NCBI GenBank assembly: GCA_965227775.1
Contig: OZ245777.1
Location: forward strand, 576,001 to 640,000
DNA length: 64,000 bases
From: Phycisphaerales bacterium
GTDB taxonomy: Bacteria; Planctomycetota; Phycisphaerae; Phycisphaerales; UBA1924
Reading direction: 5' to 3'
The position numbers and the translations under genes are program-made. How positions within the stretch are numbered: position 1 is the first letter of the stretch; each line of letters opens with the position of its first letter. The notes under the pieces were generated by a model, which saw only the letters and a program-made list of their open reading frames with translations, had not been told where the DNA came from and did not search any database. Positions 37,721-47,525 of the stretch are shown here, one piece after another.

Positions 37721-38254
37721 ATGACCGAACCATCCGCAGCACTCGCCCTGTCGCCCGACCCAGGCTCTAAGGATGCCCGTGCGCTGGCACTCGCACTCCA
37801 GGACCAGGTGCTCAAGGCCTGGGAGTTTTACATCAAGTTCTACACCGTGTTCCACGCGGTGAACTTCGTGGCCCTTGGCCTGGTTATCGAGAAGGTCAAC
37901 GACCCGTGGAACCGGCTGTTCATCGCGCTGGCGTTCATCGCCCAGAACGCGGTGTCGGGCGTCACAGCGGTAGCCATGGCCCGCTACACCGAGCGCGTAG
38001 CCGACCAGCAGTGCGAGTTGGGCTTTGCACAACTGGTCCGCTATCGCAAGGCCGGCGTGTGGGGCGGCTACGGCAACGCCATCGGCCACGCGGTCATCGC
38101 TTGCCTGTGGTTCGCCCTGATCATCGCGGGTTTTGCGAGCGACCCACACGCGGGCACGGCCGACGGCACGGGGCACACCACCGTGACCACGACGACCACA
38201 TCCACGACCACCAGCCCAGCCCCGACACCCCCTCTAGGCGAGCCTGAGCCGTAA
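37721..38254 (+). CDS. Hypothetical 3-TM membrane protein with Thr/Pro-rich tail
   Basis: Three hydrophobic segments; TTVTTTTTSTTTSP tail. Confidence 0.65.
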   Translation: MTEPSAALALSPDPGSKDARALALALQDQVLKAWEFYIKFYTVFHAVNFVALGLVIEKVNDPWNRLFIALAFIAQNAVSGVTAVAMARYTERVADQQCELGFAQLVRYRKAGVWGGYGNAIGHAVIACLWFALIIAGFASDPHAGTADGTGHTTVTTTTTSTTTSPAPTPPLGEPEP

Positions 38255-38274
38255 GCCGGAGTGGCCAGGTTGTG

Positions 38275-38312
38275 ACGCGCAGCGCCTCCGCGCCCGGACA
38301 TGGGATTGGGGC
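38275..38312 (+). repeat. 38-nt intergenic direct repeat, copy 2
   Basis: 34/38 identical to 37610-37647. Confidence 0.8.
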
Positions 38313-38388
38313 TGCGGGCCGTGCGGCGGTTCAAGGTGGCTTCGGGCACGCCCAGAACTACCTTGGACCCCCGCCTGTACCATCGACC

Positions 38389-39165
38389 ATGGCCGAGCCC
38401 AACCAGCCCATCGACCAGCCCGCGCCGCCACCACTCCCGCCAGAACTGCCGCGGCCGCAGCGCGGCGGGGAGGACGCCGGGCTGACCGGGCGGCTGCGCG
38501 CGGTCGAGGTCCGCACGGACGATCTGGTCAAGCTGCGCGTGGTGTTCGTCGCACTGGTGCGGCTGGCCGGGCTCATGCTCGCGTTCATGAGCCTGTTCCC
38601 CTTCGCCTGGTGGCTCGCCGAGGGCCTGGCCGACGGCGACCTGTGGTGGCTTGGGTACTACTGGCCGCGCATCACGGCGGGCGCTGTCATGCTGTTCGGC
38701 GGCGTGGCCACCGTGTTCTTTGGCGGGCTGATCGGTCGCTTCTTGCTGCGGCCGCGCGGCGGGCCGGTTGCCTGCCCGATGTGCCGGTTCGAGCTCACGA
38801 GCCTCGATCAGGGACGATGCACCGAGTGCGGCTACGAGGTGACGCCCGCCCTGCCGCGCTTGGCGATGCCGCCGATGGAGCGCGTGTACGTGGCGCGCAT
38901 GATCGCGGCCGCCTGCGTGCGCGGCTTTGCCGTAGTATTGCTGGTCATCGCGGCGATCCGCCTGATCCAGTTCTTGGCAGAGGCAGTGTTCCCCGACGTC
39001 TTCGTCGCATACTGGGACGACGGCTCGGCAATGTACTACTCGCTTGCAAACGGAGTCGCGCTCGCAGCGATCGGCCTGGCCTTGCTGCTCGCCGCCGGGC
39101 CCATCGCGGCCGTGCTTGTGCCAAAGGCGTGGGCCCGCAAGCTCGCCGAGAGCCGCGAGCCCTAG
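38389..39165 (+). CDS. 4-TM membrane protein with central zinc ribbon
   Basis: TM-TM-CPMCRFEL...CTECGY-TM-TM. Confidence 0.72.
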   Translation: MAEPNQPIDQPAPPPLPPELPRPQRGGEDAGLTGRLRAVEVRTDDLVKLRVVFVALVRLAGLMLAFMSLFPFAWWLAEGLADGDLWWLGYYWPRITAGAVMLFGGVATVFFGGLIGRFLLRPRGGPVACPMCRFELTSLDQGRCTECGYEVTPALPRLAMPPMERVYVARMIAAACVRGFAVVLLVIAAIRLIQFLAEAVFPDVFVAYWDDGSAMYYSLANGVALAAIGLALLLAAGPIAAVLVPKAWARKLAESREP

Positions 39166-39174
39166 ACTCGGCCG

Positions 39175-42100
39175 ATGCCCCCCCACTGGCCGACCCGCAC
39201 GCCCCGCCACAAGCCCGCCCGACGGATGTTTCCCCTCGGGCTAGCGTGCGCGATCGGGCTCGCGGGTGCCGCGCACGCCCAGCCGACCAGCGAGCGGTTT
39301 ACCGAAGAGCAAGTGTTGAGGTTCCAGATCGATCCCCTTGCGATCACGGGCGAGGGGTTCGGCCCCGTTCGCCTGCCGGTCGGTTCTAGTGACCAGGCGG
39401 CGGTGCGCTCGATCGAGCTCGCGGGCCGGCGGGCCTGGACGTGGATCGATGAGCCGCTGATACCCGGCGCGGCTCCGACCAAACGCGTGCTCATCGAGGG
39501 CGACGTGCGTGTCACGATGGGAACGCTCGAGCTGCGAGCCACACGGCTGCACGGGTGGGTGCAGTCTGTCGATGATGCGCGTGAAGGCCAGACGCCGGCT
39601 TCGGGCGGCCAGCAGTTCTACCTGCTGCTCGAAGAAGCGACCATGCCGACGAGCGCGCCGGGTTCGGGCATCGCCGGACCGCTGGTGCCGATCGAGGGCC
39701 TCCTGGCACGCGGTGGCAGGATCGAGCTGTCCGCGATCGTGTCGAAGCCGGGCCCGCCTGCGTTTGAGGTGTCGGCCGTCGAGCGGCGCGAGTACCGCGC
39801 CGTCACGGTAGCCGAGGCGGTCTTCGCGGATCGATTGCGTGAGGCGGTGGGCCTGGCCCTCCCACGCGTGACGAGTGAGCAGCTTGCCGCCGAGGATCGC
39901 GCGCTGCGCAGCGTGCTGCAGACCGCGCGCGAGCGGCTCGCGCTCGGCGAGGTACGCGACCCGATCCTGCCAGCGCGCGGCCGCGTAAGCTTCTCGGCCG
40001 CGGGCATCGAGCAAGTACGACTGGGTGATGGCAGCGATGGCTCGCCGCCCTACGCGGTCGTGATGCGCGGGCCGGTGACCATCTTGTTCGACGACGCGGC
40101 AAACGGTCGCCGGGCACAGCTCACGGCGCAGGACGCCGTCTTGTTCCACAAGGCCAATCTCGTCGGAACGCCGCGCTTGGACGCTGCGGACGTCTTGGGC
40201 CTGTACTTGGAGGGCGCCGTCATCGCCGACATCGAGCGTGCCCAGGGCAGGCGCGGCGTCGATCGCTACCGCGTGCGCTCGCCACGGGTGTACTACGACC
40301 TCGCCGGCGACCGCGCACTCTTGCTCGATGCGGTCTTTCGGGCCGAGCCGGCGGGCAGCCCAACGCCCATCTACGTCCGGGCGCGCGAGATCCGCCAGCA
40401 GTCGCTGGGCGAAACCGTAGCCGACCAGGCGCGCATCACCACGACGGGCTTCTTCCGCCCGCACCTGGCTCTGGGCGCGAGCACGCTGACGCTCCGCCTC
40501 GAGGATCGCCCGGGCGACGGGCTGCAGGGCGGCACGCGGATGATCGCCGATGCGCGCAACATCACGGCTCGGGCCATGGGCATCCCGTTCCTCTACTGGC
40601 CCATCTACGTCGGTGATCCCTCACAGATTCCGCTTCGCGACATCACGATCGAGACGAGCGATCGCCACGGCGACGTGCTGCGGACGACCTGGGACGCGTT
40701 CGCGCTGGCTGGCTACGAGCCGCCACCGGGCATCGATCTCGACCTGCTCATCGACGCGTATTTCCAACGCGGCGCAGCGCTCGGCGGTGAGCTGACCTGG
40801 GACGGGTATGCCGGCGGCAGCGGCAGCCTCTTCGTATACAACCTCTTCAACGACACCGGACGCGATCTGCTGCCCACCGGCGCGCGCATCGACCGCGATG
40901 GGGAGAACCGAACGATCGCCATGCTCGAGCACCTCGGCCGCCTGAACGACGAGTGGACGCTGCGGGCCGAGGCATCGTGGTTCTCCGATGAGAACGTCGT
41001 GGCTGCGTTCTTCCCCGACATGACCTTTACGCGGCGTGAGCCCTCGAGCGGCGCCTCGCTGCAGCGTATCGATGATCGCAGCATGATGCTGCTTGGTGTC
41101 AACGCCCAGATCAGTGATTTCGTTGTCAGCGACTACCAGCTTCGCGCGCGCGGATACGAGACCGAGCGCCTGCCCGAGCTGCGCTACGTGCGACCGGGCG
41201 ACGACCTGCTGGCAGACGGGGCTCCGGGTCTGCTGACCTATCGCAGCGATAGCCGTGTCGGCCTGCTGCGACTGAGCTTCACCGAGCCGACGGCGGCCGA
41301 CCTTGGCTTCACCTCGGTCTCGCGCGCCCAGGCGGCGCTGGGCGTCAATCCGAGCGAGAGCCCGGGCGATCGCTTGCGCGCAGAAGGGCTCGACGAATCG
41401 TCGGTCTTCCGCTTTGACACGCTGCACGAGCTGAGCAGCCAGCTCGAAGCCGGACCGGTGCGGATCCAGCCGTTTGCGACGGGGCGACTGACGGGATACG
41501 ACACCGATTTCGACGATTACTCCGCCGTCACGGGCGAGGATGCCGACTCGCTGATCGCTCGGGGCGCCATTGGCACACGCCTTTCGACCCAGCTGACGCG
41601 CGTCTACGACGGCGTCGACATCGACGCGCTCGACCTGCACCGCATTCGGCACGTGGTCGAACCCAATGCCACGCTCTGGTACGGAGACTCGACGGTCGCC
41701 CAGGGCGCGATCCCGGTGTACGACGAGAACGTGGAGAACTTTGCAGAGGGACCGGCCGTGCGCTTCGGCGTCGACCAGACCTTCCAAACGATGCGGGGCT
41801 CGCTGGGCACCTACGAGTCGGTCGACGTCTTACGCCTTGGCACGCACTTCACGTTCGCCGGAGAGGATCGCATCGACGAGGACCGCACGCCGCGGTTCTT
41901 TGACGCGTATCCGGAGCGCAGCCAGCTTGGCGACACGTTTGACGTTGAAGCCGCGTGGCGGCCAACCGACGCGCTGGGTATCACCGGCCAGTGGATCTAC
42001 GACCTCGAAGAGAATCGGACGGCCGAGGGTGTGGCTGGTGTCTCGATTGACCACATGCCCGACGTGCGCCTGTTCGCCGAGGTGCGGCACCTTGGCTTCA

Positions 42101-42372
42101 GCGACGACACGTACCTGAACGCTGGCGCCGACTACGAGCTTGGCGACCGCTACACCCTGGGCGCCGTGGGTGTCTACAACGACCGAGCCGGACAGTTCCA
42201 GAGCGCGACGTTCCGCGTGGGCCGCGAGATGCCCCACGCCATCTTGACAGCGCGTGTAACGTACAACGACATCACGGGCGATACATCCCTGGGCTTTGGC
42301 ATCGAACCTACTGGCATCGACCCATCACGCGAACGCGTTCGCAGGCTTGGCGCCGCGGCGTTGGGTTACTGA
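39175..42372 (+). CDS. lptD: LPS-assembly protein LptD-like outer membrane beta-barrel
   Basis: Signal peptide; GIPFLYWP, TERLPEL, RIRHVVEPNATLWY; long amphipathic beta-strand C-terminal half. Confidence 0.75.
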   Translation: MPPHWPTRTPRHKPARRMFPLGLACAIGLAGAAHAQPTSERFTEEQVLRFQIDPLAITGEGFGPVRLPVGSSDQAAVRSIELAGRRAWTWIDEPLIPGAAPTKRVLIEGDVRVTMGTLELRATRLHGWVQSVDDAREGQTPASGGQQFYLLLEEATMPTSAPGSGIAGPLVPIEGLLARGGRIELSAIVSKPGPPAFEVSAVERREYRAVTVAEAVFADRLREAVGLALPRVTSEQLAAEDRALRSVLQTARERLALGEVRDPILPARGRVSFSAAGIEQVRLGDGSDGSPPYAVVMRGPVTILFDDAANGRRAQLTAQDAVLFHKANLVGTPRLDAADVLGLYLEGAVIADIERAQGRRGVDRYRVRSPRVYYDLAGDRALLLDAVFRAEPAGSPTPIYVRAREIRQQSLGETVADQARITTTGFFRPHLALGASTLTLRLEDRPGDGLQGGTRMIADARNITARAMGIPFLYWPIYVGDPSQIPLRDITIETSDRHGDVLRTTWDAFALAGYEPPPGIDLDLLIDAYFQRGAALGGELTWDGYAGGSGSLFVYNLFNDTGRDLLPTGARIDRDGENRTIAMLEHLGRLNDEWTLRAEASWFSDENVVAAFFPDMTFTRREPSSGASLQRIDDRSMMLLGVNAQISDFVVSDYQLRARGYETERLPELRYVRPGDDLLADGAPGLLTYRSDSRVGLLRLSFTEPTAADLGFTSVSRAQAALGVNPSESPGDRLRAEGLDESSVFRFDTLHELSSQLEAGPVRIQPFATGRLTGYDTDFDDYSAVTGEDADSLIARGAIGTRLSTQLTRVYDGVDIDALDLHRIRHVVEPNATLWYGDSTVAQGAIPVYDENVENFAEGPAVRFGVDQTFQTMRGSLGTYESVDVLRLGTHFTFAGEDRIDEDRTPRFFDAYPERSQLGDTFDVEAAWRPTDALGITGQWIYDLEENRTAEGVAGVSIDHMPDVRLFAEVRHLGFSDDTYLNAGADYELGDRYTLGAVGVYNDRAGQFQSATFRVGREMPHAILTARVTYNDITGDTSLGFGIEPTGIDPSRERVRRLGAAALGY

Positions 42373-42398
42373 TGTTTGCGAGCCGCGTACGATCAAGC

Positions 42399-42989
42399 AT
42401 GCAAAGGCAGACCATTCTCATTGCCATGCTGGTCGCCTGGGTTCCCCTCCTGGCGTTTGGAGTTGGTTGTGCAGGCAAGCCCGAGGTGCTGCCCCAGCAA
42501 GCATTCTGGGAGAGCCTGAATCAGCTCTGCGGCAAGGCATACCCCGGGCGCGTCGTCGAAGACTCCACCCAGAGTCCGGTCTTCGGTGGGAAGCCACTCT
42601 TGCTCCACGTGGCCGAGTGTGATGGCACGTCGGTGCGCATGCCCCTGCTGGTCGACGGTCGCCCTTGGGCGACCATCATCATCTCTCAGAACGAGCGCGG
42701 GCTCGTGCTCGAGCATCAGCACGAGAGCGATGAGGGCGCCGGGGGGCCGCCGAGCGGGTACGGCGGCTCCACGCGCGGCACGGGCACCGAAGTTTCGCAG
42801 GACTTCTACGCCAGCGAGTTCACCATCGCGCTCGATGAACAAGCCGAGAACACGGTCTGGACCATCGAGTTGCGCACGGGCGCGGTGCTGCAGTATGGGT
42901 TGAGCCGTGAAGGCACAGATCGCCGATTCCGCGCGGCCTTCGACTTGTCGCGCGGGCGTCCGGCCCCCACCGTTGCACCGATCCGCTAA
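42399..42989 (+). CDS. Hypothetical lipoprotein
   Basis: Lipobox FGVGC; FWESLNQLCGKAYPG, YGG and FDLS conserved-looking motifs. Confidence 0.7.
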   Translation: MQRQTILIAMLVAWVPLLAFGVGCAGKPEVLPQQAFWESLNQLCGKAYPGRVVEDSTQSPVFGGKPLLLHVAECDGTSVRMPLLVDGRPWATIIISQNERGLVLEHQHESDEGAGGPPSGYGGSTRGTGTEVSQDFYASEFTIALDEQAENTVWTIELRTGAVLQYGLSREGTDRRFRAAFDLSRGRPAPTVAPIR

Positions 42990-42992
42990 AGC

Positions 42993-43763
42993 TCACAACG
43001 CCCGCGTGGGCCACCACGCACGAACCGACACGGGCTCGGCTAGATGCAGGATCGCTTCGCTTGCAGGCGTCGAGACTCCGATGGGCGATGCCAGGCTGTT
43101 GTGCTCGACCTCGCATACGGCGCGCGAGAGCAGCCATGGATCATGGTCGATCTCACCGATCCAGAGACGTTCTGGCGACCGCGGCGGCAGATCGCTCGCG
43201 AATAGCCGATACCGATCGGTGAGGAACGACTCAAGGGAGCCCGACCCGGCACGCTCCGGTGGGCCCTCGCCCTGGTACCAGCACGACAGATCAGCGGACT
43301 TTCCACGCGAATCCGTCCGTTGGCTCCCGTACGCGATCCCACCGTCACGCTCGCTGAGCGACATCCGGGCGTTGAAGTATGCCAGGTGGAATGTGCGGCG
43401 CGCGGTTTCGACGCCAAGCCGGCTGGCCGCGTCGAGGCTGAAGAACCACACGCCTGGCTTGCCCTCGTGCGTCACGTAAGTCCGCAGGTTCAGCTCATGG
43501 AACGCACCCGGGCCAGGCAACGCGGGTGTGAACCGAGCTCGCACGCCCGACATCGTGAATGGCACGACCGCAAGCCACGCGGAGCCGTCGAAGGTGTCGA
43601 TGTCCAACATCGGCGGTACGTGCGGCCGAAGGGCGTCCACGGGTACCGGCCAGTGCATGAAGAGCAGCCGAGACCATCGCATCGCCATCACCCAGGGCGA
43701 CTTCGGCGGCGGATACGGGCGATGGCTGGCTGGCATGGGGGAACGTATGCCCAGAGCGGTCAC
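42993..43763 (-). CDS. YqjF/DUF2071 family protein
   Basis: WSRLLFMHWPV, ELNLRTYV, PGVWFFSLDA, FLTDRY. Confidence 0.9.
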   Translation of the reverse strand: MTALGIRSPMPASHRPYPPPKSPWVMAMRWSRLLFMHWPVPVDALRPHVPPMLDIDTFDGSAWLAVVPFTMSGVRARFTPALPGPGAFHELNLRTYVTHEGKPGVWFFSLDAASRLGVETARRTFHLAYFNARMSLSERDGGIAYGSQRTDSRGKSADLSCWYQGEGPPERAGSGSLESFLTDRYRLFASDLPPRSPERLWIGEIDHDPWLLSRAVCEVEHNSLASPIGVSTPASEAILHLAEPVSVRAWWPTRAL

Positions 43764-45478
43764 TACACGTTGAAGTACTTCGCCTCGGGGTGGTGCACGA
43801 CGAAGGCGCTGGTGCTCTGCTCGGGGTCGATCTGCCAGTTTTCGGTGAGCCGGCAGCCGATGCGCTCGGGATCGAGCAAGCGCCAGAGGATCTCCTGATC
43901 GCTCATGTCGGGGCAGGCGGGGTAGCCCGGGCTGTAGCGGCTGCCGCGGTACTTCTGGCGGAAGAGCTCTGATATCTTGGGCGAGTCATCACCACCGATG
44001 CCAAGCTCAGCGCGGATGCGCTTGTGCCACAACTCGGCAAGGGCCTCAGCGGCCTCGACGCCCATGCCGTGCGTGTAGAGGTACTCGGTAAAGTCGTTGT
44101 TATCGAAGAGCTTCTTCGCGAGCTTGCTGACGTCTTCGCCCATCGTGACGCAGGTGAGGCCCAGCACGTCCTTCTGGCCGCTGTCGACACTCTTGAAGAA
44201 GTCGGCGATGCAAAGTTTCTTGCTGGAGGTCTGTCGGGGGAACCGGAATCGCTCGACTTCCTTGTCGTGGTCCTTGGGGTCGAAGACGATCAGGTCGTCG
44301 CCATCGCATTGCACCGGCCAGTATCCGTAGACCACGCGCGGGTGCAGCACGTCGTTGTCCCGCAGCTCGGCCTTCAGGCGATCGAACACGGGCTCGACGG
44401 TGTCCTCGAGGTACCGCTCGTATTGCTCGGGGCTCATCGAGCCCTTCTTGAACTGCCACTGGCCGCGGAAGAGCGCGGTGGTGTTGACGAAGGGATAGAT
44501 CTCATCGAGATCGAGCCCCTCCACCACGCGCGAGCCCCAGAACGGCGCTTCGGGGACATCGACGTCGGTCGCGACGGTGCTCCGCACAACCGTGGCGGTG
44601 CCACTCTCATCCTTGCTGGCGGCGAAGTCGTCCTGCTGCTCGGCCTTCTTCGCGCGCGCTTCGGCGACGACCTTCTGGGCTTCGCTGCGCTTGCCGAGCC
44701 GCTCAGCGATCTCACCATCGAGCACGTCGGTCTTGCCCGCCTTGAGCATGTCCATGGTGCGCAAGCCTTCAAAGGCATCCTTGCCGTAGAACACCTTGCC
44801 GGCGTACAGGTCGCGTAGGTGGCTCTCGCAGTAGTGCCGCGTGAGGGCGGCCCCGCCGAGGATGACCGGCACATCGATGGCCTGCTCGGTCATCTCCTTG
44901 AGGTTCTCTTCCATCACGGTGACGGACTTGACCAGCAGGCCGCTGAGCCCGATGGCGTCGGCCTTGGTCTGCTTCCAGGCCTCGAGGATCTGCGGCAGCG
45001 TCTGCTTGATGCCGATGTTGTGCACCGTGTAGCCGTTGTTACTCAGGATGATGTCGACGAGATTCTTGCCGATGTCGTGCACGTCGCCCTTAACCGTTGC
45101 GAGCACGATCGAGCCCTTGCCCTCACCCTCGACCTTCTCCATGTGCGGCTCGAGATGGGCAACGGCCATCTTCATAACTTCCGCGCTCTGCAGCACGAAG
45201 GGGAGCTGCATCTGGCCGCTGCCAAACAGTTCGCCCACGGTCTTCATACCGTCGAGCAGGTGGTCGTTGACGATTTCGAGTGGCTTGTACTGCTGCATCG
45301 CCTCGTCGAGCGCCGCGTGCAGGCCCTCCTTCTCGCCGTCGATGATGTGGGCGCGCAGCCGCTCCTCGAGCGTGAGATCTTTCTTCTCCTCGGCTGTGCC
45401 GCCGACGCTGTCGACATCCTTGAAGAGGTCGATAAATGCCTGAAGGGGGTCGTAGCTCTTGTCGTAGGTGTTAGGCAA
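43763..45478 (-). CDS. metH: Methionine synthase C-terminal half (cap, cobalamin-binding and AdoMet reactivation domains)
   Basis: GMKTVGELFGSGQMQLPFVLQSAEVMK, KGDVHDIGKN (B12 His), RYSPGYPACPD. Proposed TTG start at 45478. Confidence 0.9.
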   Translation of the reverse strand: MPNTYDKSYDPLQAFIDLFKDVDSVGGTAEEKKDLTLEERLRAHIIDGEKEGLHAALDEAMQQYKPLEIVNDHLLDGMKTVGELFGSGQMQLPFVLQSAEVMKMAVAHLEPHMEKVEGEGKGSIVLATVKGDVHDIGKNLVDIILSNNGYTVHNIGIKQTLPQILEAWKQTKADAIGLSGLLVKSVTVMEENLKEMTEQAIDVPVILGGAALTRHYCESHLRDLYAGKVFYGKDAFEGLRTMDMLKAGKTDVLDGEIAERLGKRSEAQKVVAEARAKKAEQQDDFAASKDESGTATVVRSTVATDVDVPEAPFWGSRVVEGLDLDEIYPFVNTTALFRGQWQFKKGSMSPEQYERYLEDTVEPVFDRLKAELRDNDVLHPRVVYGYWPVQCDGDDLIVFDPKDHDKEVERFRFPRQTSSKKLCIADFFKSVDSGQKDVLGLTCVTMGEDVSKLAKKLFDNNDFTEYLYTHGMGVEAAEALAELWHKRIRAELGIGGDDSPKISELFRQKYRGSRYSPGYPACPDMSDQEILWRLLDPERIGCRLTENWQIDPEQSTSAFVVHHPEAKYFNV

Positions 45479-47372
45479 TGGCAACTTCCTGCTCGTCTGG
45501 TGTGGGCAGCCCCGTGCCGCCGACGCTGGAATCGCGCTTGTCGTAGACGAGGTGCATTGCGACGCGCTTCTGGTCGTCGTCAATCTTGGCCAGCGGCAGG
45601 ATCTTGCTGGCGTGCACGATGGCGCTGGTCATGCCGGCCTTGACCAACTCATCGAGGAACACGCTGTTGAGCACTTGGCGTGCAGCGGGCTTGAGGCCGA
45701 AGCTCACGTTACTCAGGCCGCAGGTGATCTGTACGTTGGGGAACGCCTCGGCGATGCGCTTGGTGCCCTCGACAAGCGCGAGGGCGCTGCGACGGTCGTC
45801 GTCCATGCCCGTCGAGATGGGCAGCACCAGCGGATCGATGAAGATGTCCGTCTCGTCAAGCCCGTGCACCTCCGTCGCCCGCTCGATGGATCGCTCGGCG
45901 ATCGCGAACTTGCGATCGGCCGTACGAGCCATGGCAGCCTCTGGGTCTTCATCGATGGTGCCAATGACCAGACCGGCGCCGTATGTCTTGGCGAGTTTGC
46001 AGATCTCGTCAAATTTCTCCTCGCCGTCCTCGAAATTGGCGCTGTTGATGATGCACTTGCCGCCGGCGCACTGCAGGCCGGCCTCGATAGTCGCGACCTG
46101 CGTGCTGTCGATCATGAGCGGGGCGTCGACCTGGCGGACCAGGCGTTGCACCACCTCACGCATGTCGCGAGCGTTGTCGCGGCCGGCGTAGTCGACGTTG
46201 ACGTCTAGCACGTGGCTGCCCTCGCGTACCTGCTGCTTGGCCAAGCCCACGATGCCGTCCCAGTCTTCTTCCTCGAGCAATCGCTTGAACTTGCGGCTGC
46301 CCGACGCGTTGCACCGCTCACCGACGATCAGAAACGAGTTGTCCTGGCGGTACTCGACGGGCTGGTACAGGCTGGTGCAGCTAGGCAGCATCGTCGCACG
46401 CTCGGTGCGCTTGGGCTCGCGATTGCCCACCATCTCGGCGAGCGTCTTGATGTGCTCGGGCGTGGTGCCGCAGCAGCCGCCAACGAGACCGACGCCGCTG
46501 CCCTCAACGAATCGCTGGATCGCCTCGGTAAATGGTCCGGGCTTCAACGGATACTCCGTGCGCCCCTCGACAAGCACGGGCAAGCCGGCGTTGGGGACGA
46601 CCGAGACGTGGCGGTCCCAGTACTTGCCCAGCCAGTGGATGTACTCGGCCATCTCCGTCGGGCCGGTTGCGCAGTTGAGGCCAAGGCTCAGGATGGGATA
46701 GCGGCGCAGCGCGTGGGCGGCGGCTTCGATGCTGGTGCCCATGAGCATGGTTCCGGTCTGCTCGATCGTTACGCTGACGCAGATCGGGATGTCGGCGACA
46801 GACTTGCCCTTCTGCTCGAGCGCTCGCAGGCACGCGTTCACCGCGCACTTTACCTGCAGCAGGTCCTGGCAGGTCTCGATGAGGAACGCGTCGACGCCGC
46901 CCTCGATCAAGCCGACCGCCTGGTTGGTGTAGCTGTCGAGCATGGCCGGCCAGGTGGTGTTGCCGAGCGTAATGAGCTTGGTGCCCGGGCCCATCGAGCC
47001 CATAACGAAGCGCGGCTTGTCCTCGGTCGAATAGGCGTCCGCGGCGGATCGGGCGATCTCGGCCGACTTGCGGCTGAATTCGGTGGCTTTCGCGGCCAGA
47101 TCGAATTCGCCCAGCACCAGCGTGTTCGCGCCGAAGCTGTTGGTCTCGATGCAGTCGGCCCCGATCTCGAGGAACTCCTTGTGGATCTCCTCGACCACGT
47201 CGGGCCGGCTGTCGACCAGGATGTCGGTGCAGTTCTCGCAGCCGCAGTAGTCGCCCTCGACCGTCAGGTCGCGGTTGTAGAGGCTGGTGCCCATGGCCCC
47301 ATCGAGCACGAGCACTCGGCTGGCCAACGCCCGGGCGAACGGGCTCGAGAACAGCGGGTCTGCGTTCTTCAT
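45471..47372 (-). CDS. metH: Methionine synthase N-terminal half (homocysteine- and pterin-binding domains)
   Basis: LDGAMGT, GLNCATGP, GGCCGTTPEH, VGERCNASGS, GLSNVSFG; ends at TAA 45471-45473. Confidence 0.92.
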   Translation of the reverse strand: MKNADPLFSSPFARALASRVLVLDGAMGTSLYNRDLTVEGDYCGCENCTDILVDSRPDVVEEIHKEFLEIGADCIETNSFGANTLVLGEFDLAAKATEFSRKSAEIARSAADAYSTEDKPRFVMGSMGPGTKLITLGNTTWPAMLDSYTNQAVGLIEGGVDAFLIETCQDLLQVKCAVNACLRALEQKGKSVADIPICVSVTIEQTGTMLMGTSIEAAAHALRRYPILSLGLNCATGPTEMAEYIHWLGKYWDRHVSVVPNAGLPVLVEGRTEYPLKPGPFTEAIQRFVEGSGVGLVGGCCGTTPEHIKTLAEMVGNREPKRTERATMLPSCTSLYQPVEYRQDNSFLIVGERCNASGSRKFKRLLEEEDWDGIVGLAKQQVREGSHVLDVNVDYAGRDNARDMREVVQRLVRQVDAPLMIDSTQVATIEAGLQCAGGKCIINSANFEDGEEKFDEICKLAKTYGAGLVIGTIDEDPEAAMARTADRKFAIAERSIERATEVHGLDETDIFIDPLVLPISTGMDDDRRSALALVEGTKRIAEAFPNVQITCGLSNVSFGLKPAARQVLNSVFLDELVKAGMTSAIVHASKILPLAKIDDDQKRVAMHLVYDKRDSSVGGTGLPTPDEQEVAIA

Positions 47373-47383
47373 TGGTGAGTATA

Positions 47384-47409
47384 TCCGTTCATCCGCATGG
47401 ATGGATGGA
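47384..47409. promoter_or_regulatory. Palindromic site upstream of metH
   Basis: TCC-GTT-CATCC-GCAT-GGATG-GAT-GGA, starting 12 nt upstream of the metH ATG. Confidence 0.4.
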
Positions 47410-47525
47410 AGCAGCTAGGTTGACTCGAAAACCGTCGCCAGGCCTGCGCAGGCGGCTGGCCGCGGCCCATAACATCGCCACGAGCAGGTGCCATCTTGCG
47501 CCAAAGCTGGGGAAGGGGAACTGCG

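Noticed and set aside
37610..38312. Direct repeats as a CRISPR array or integron attC sites
   Set aside because: Only two copies about 665 nt apart; no cas or integrase gene; no clear RYYYAAC/GTTRRRY ends.
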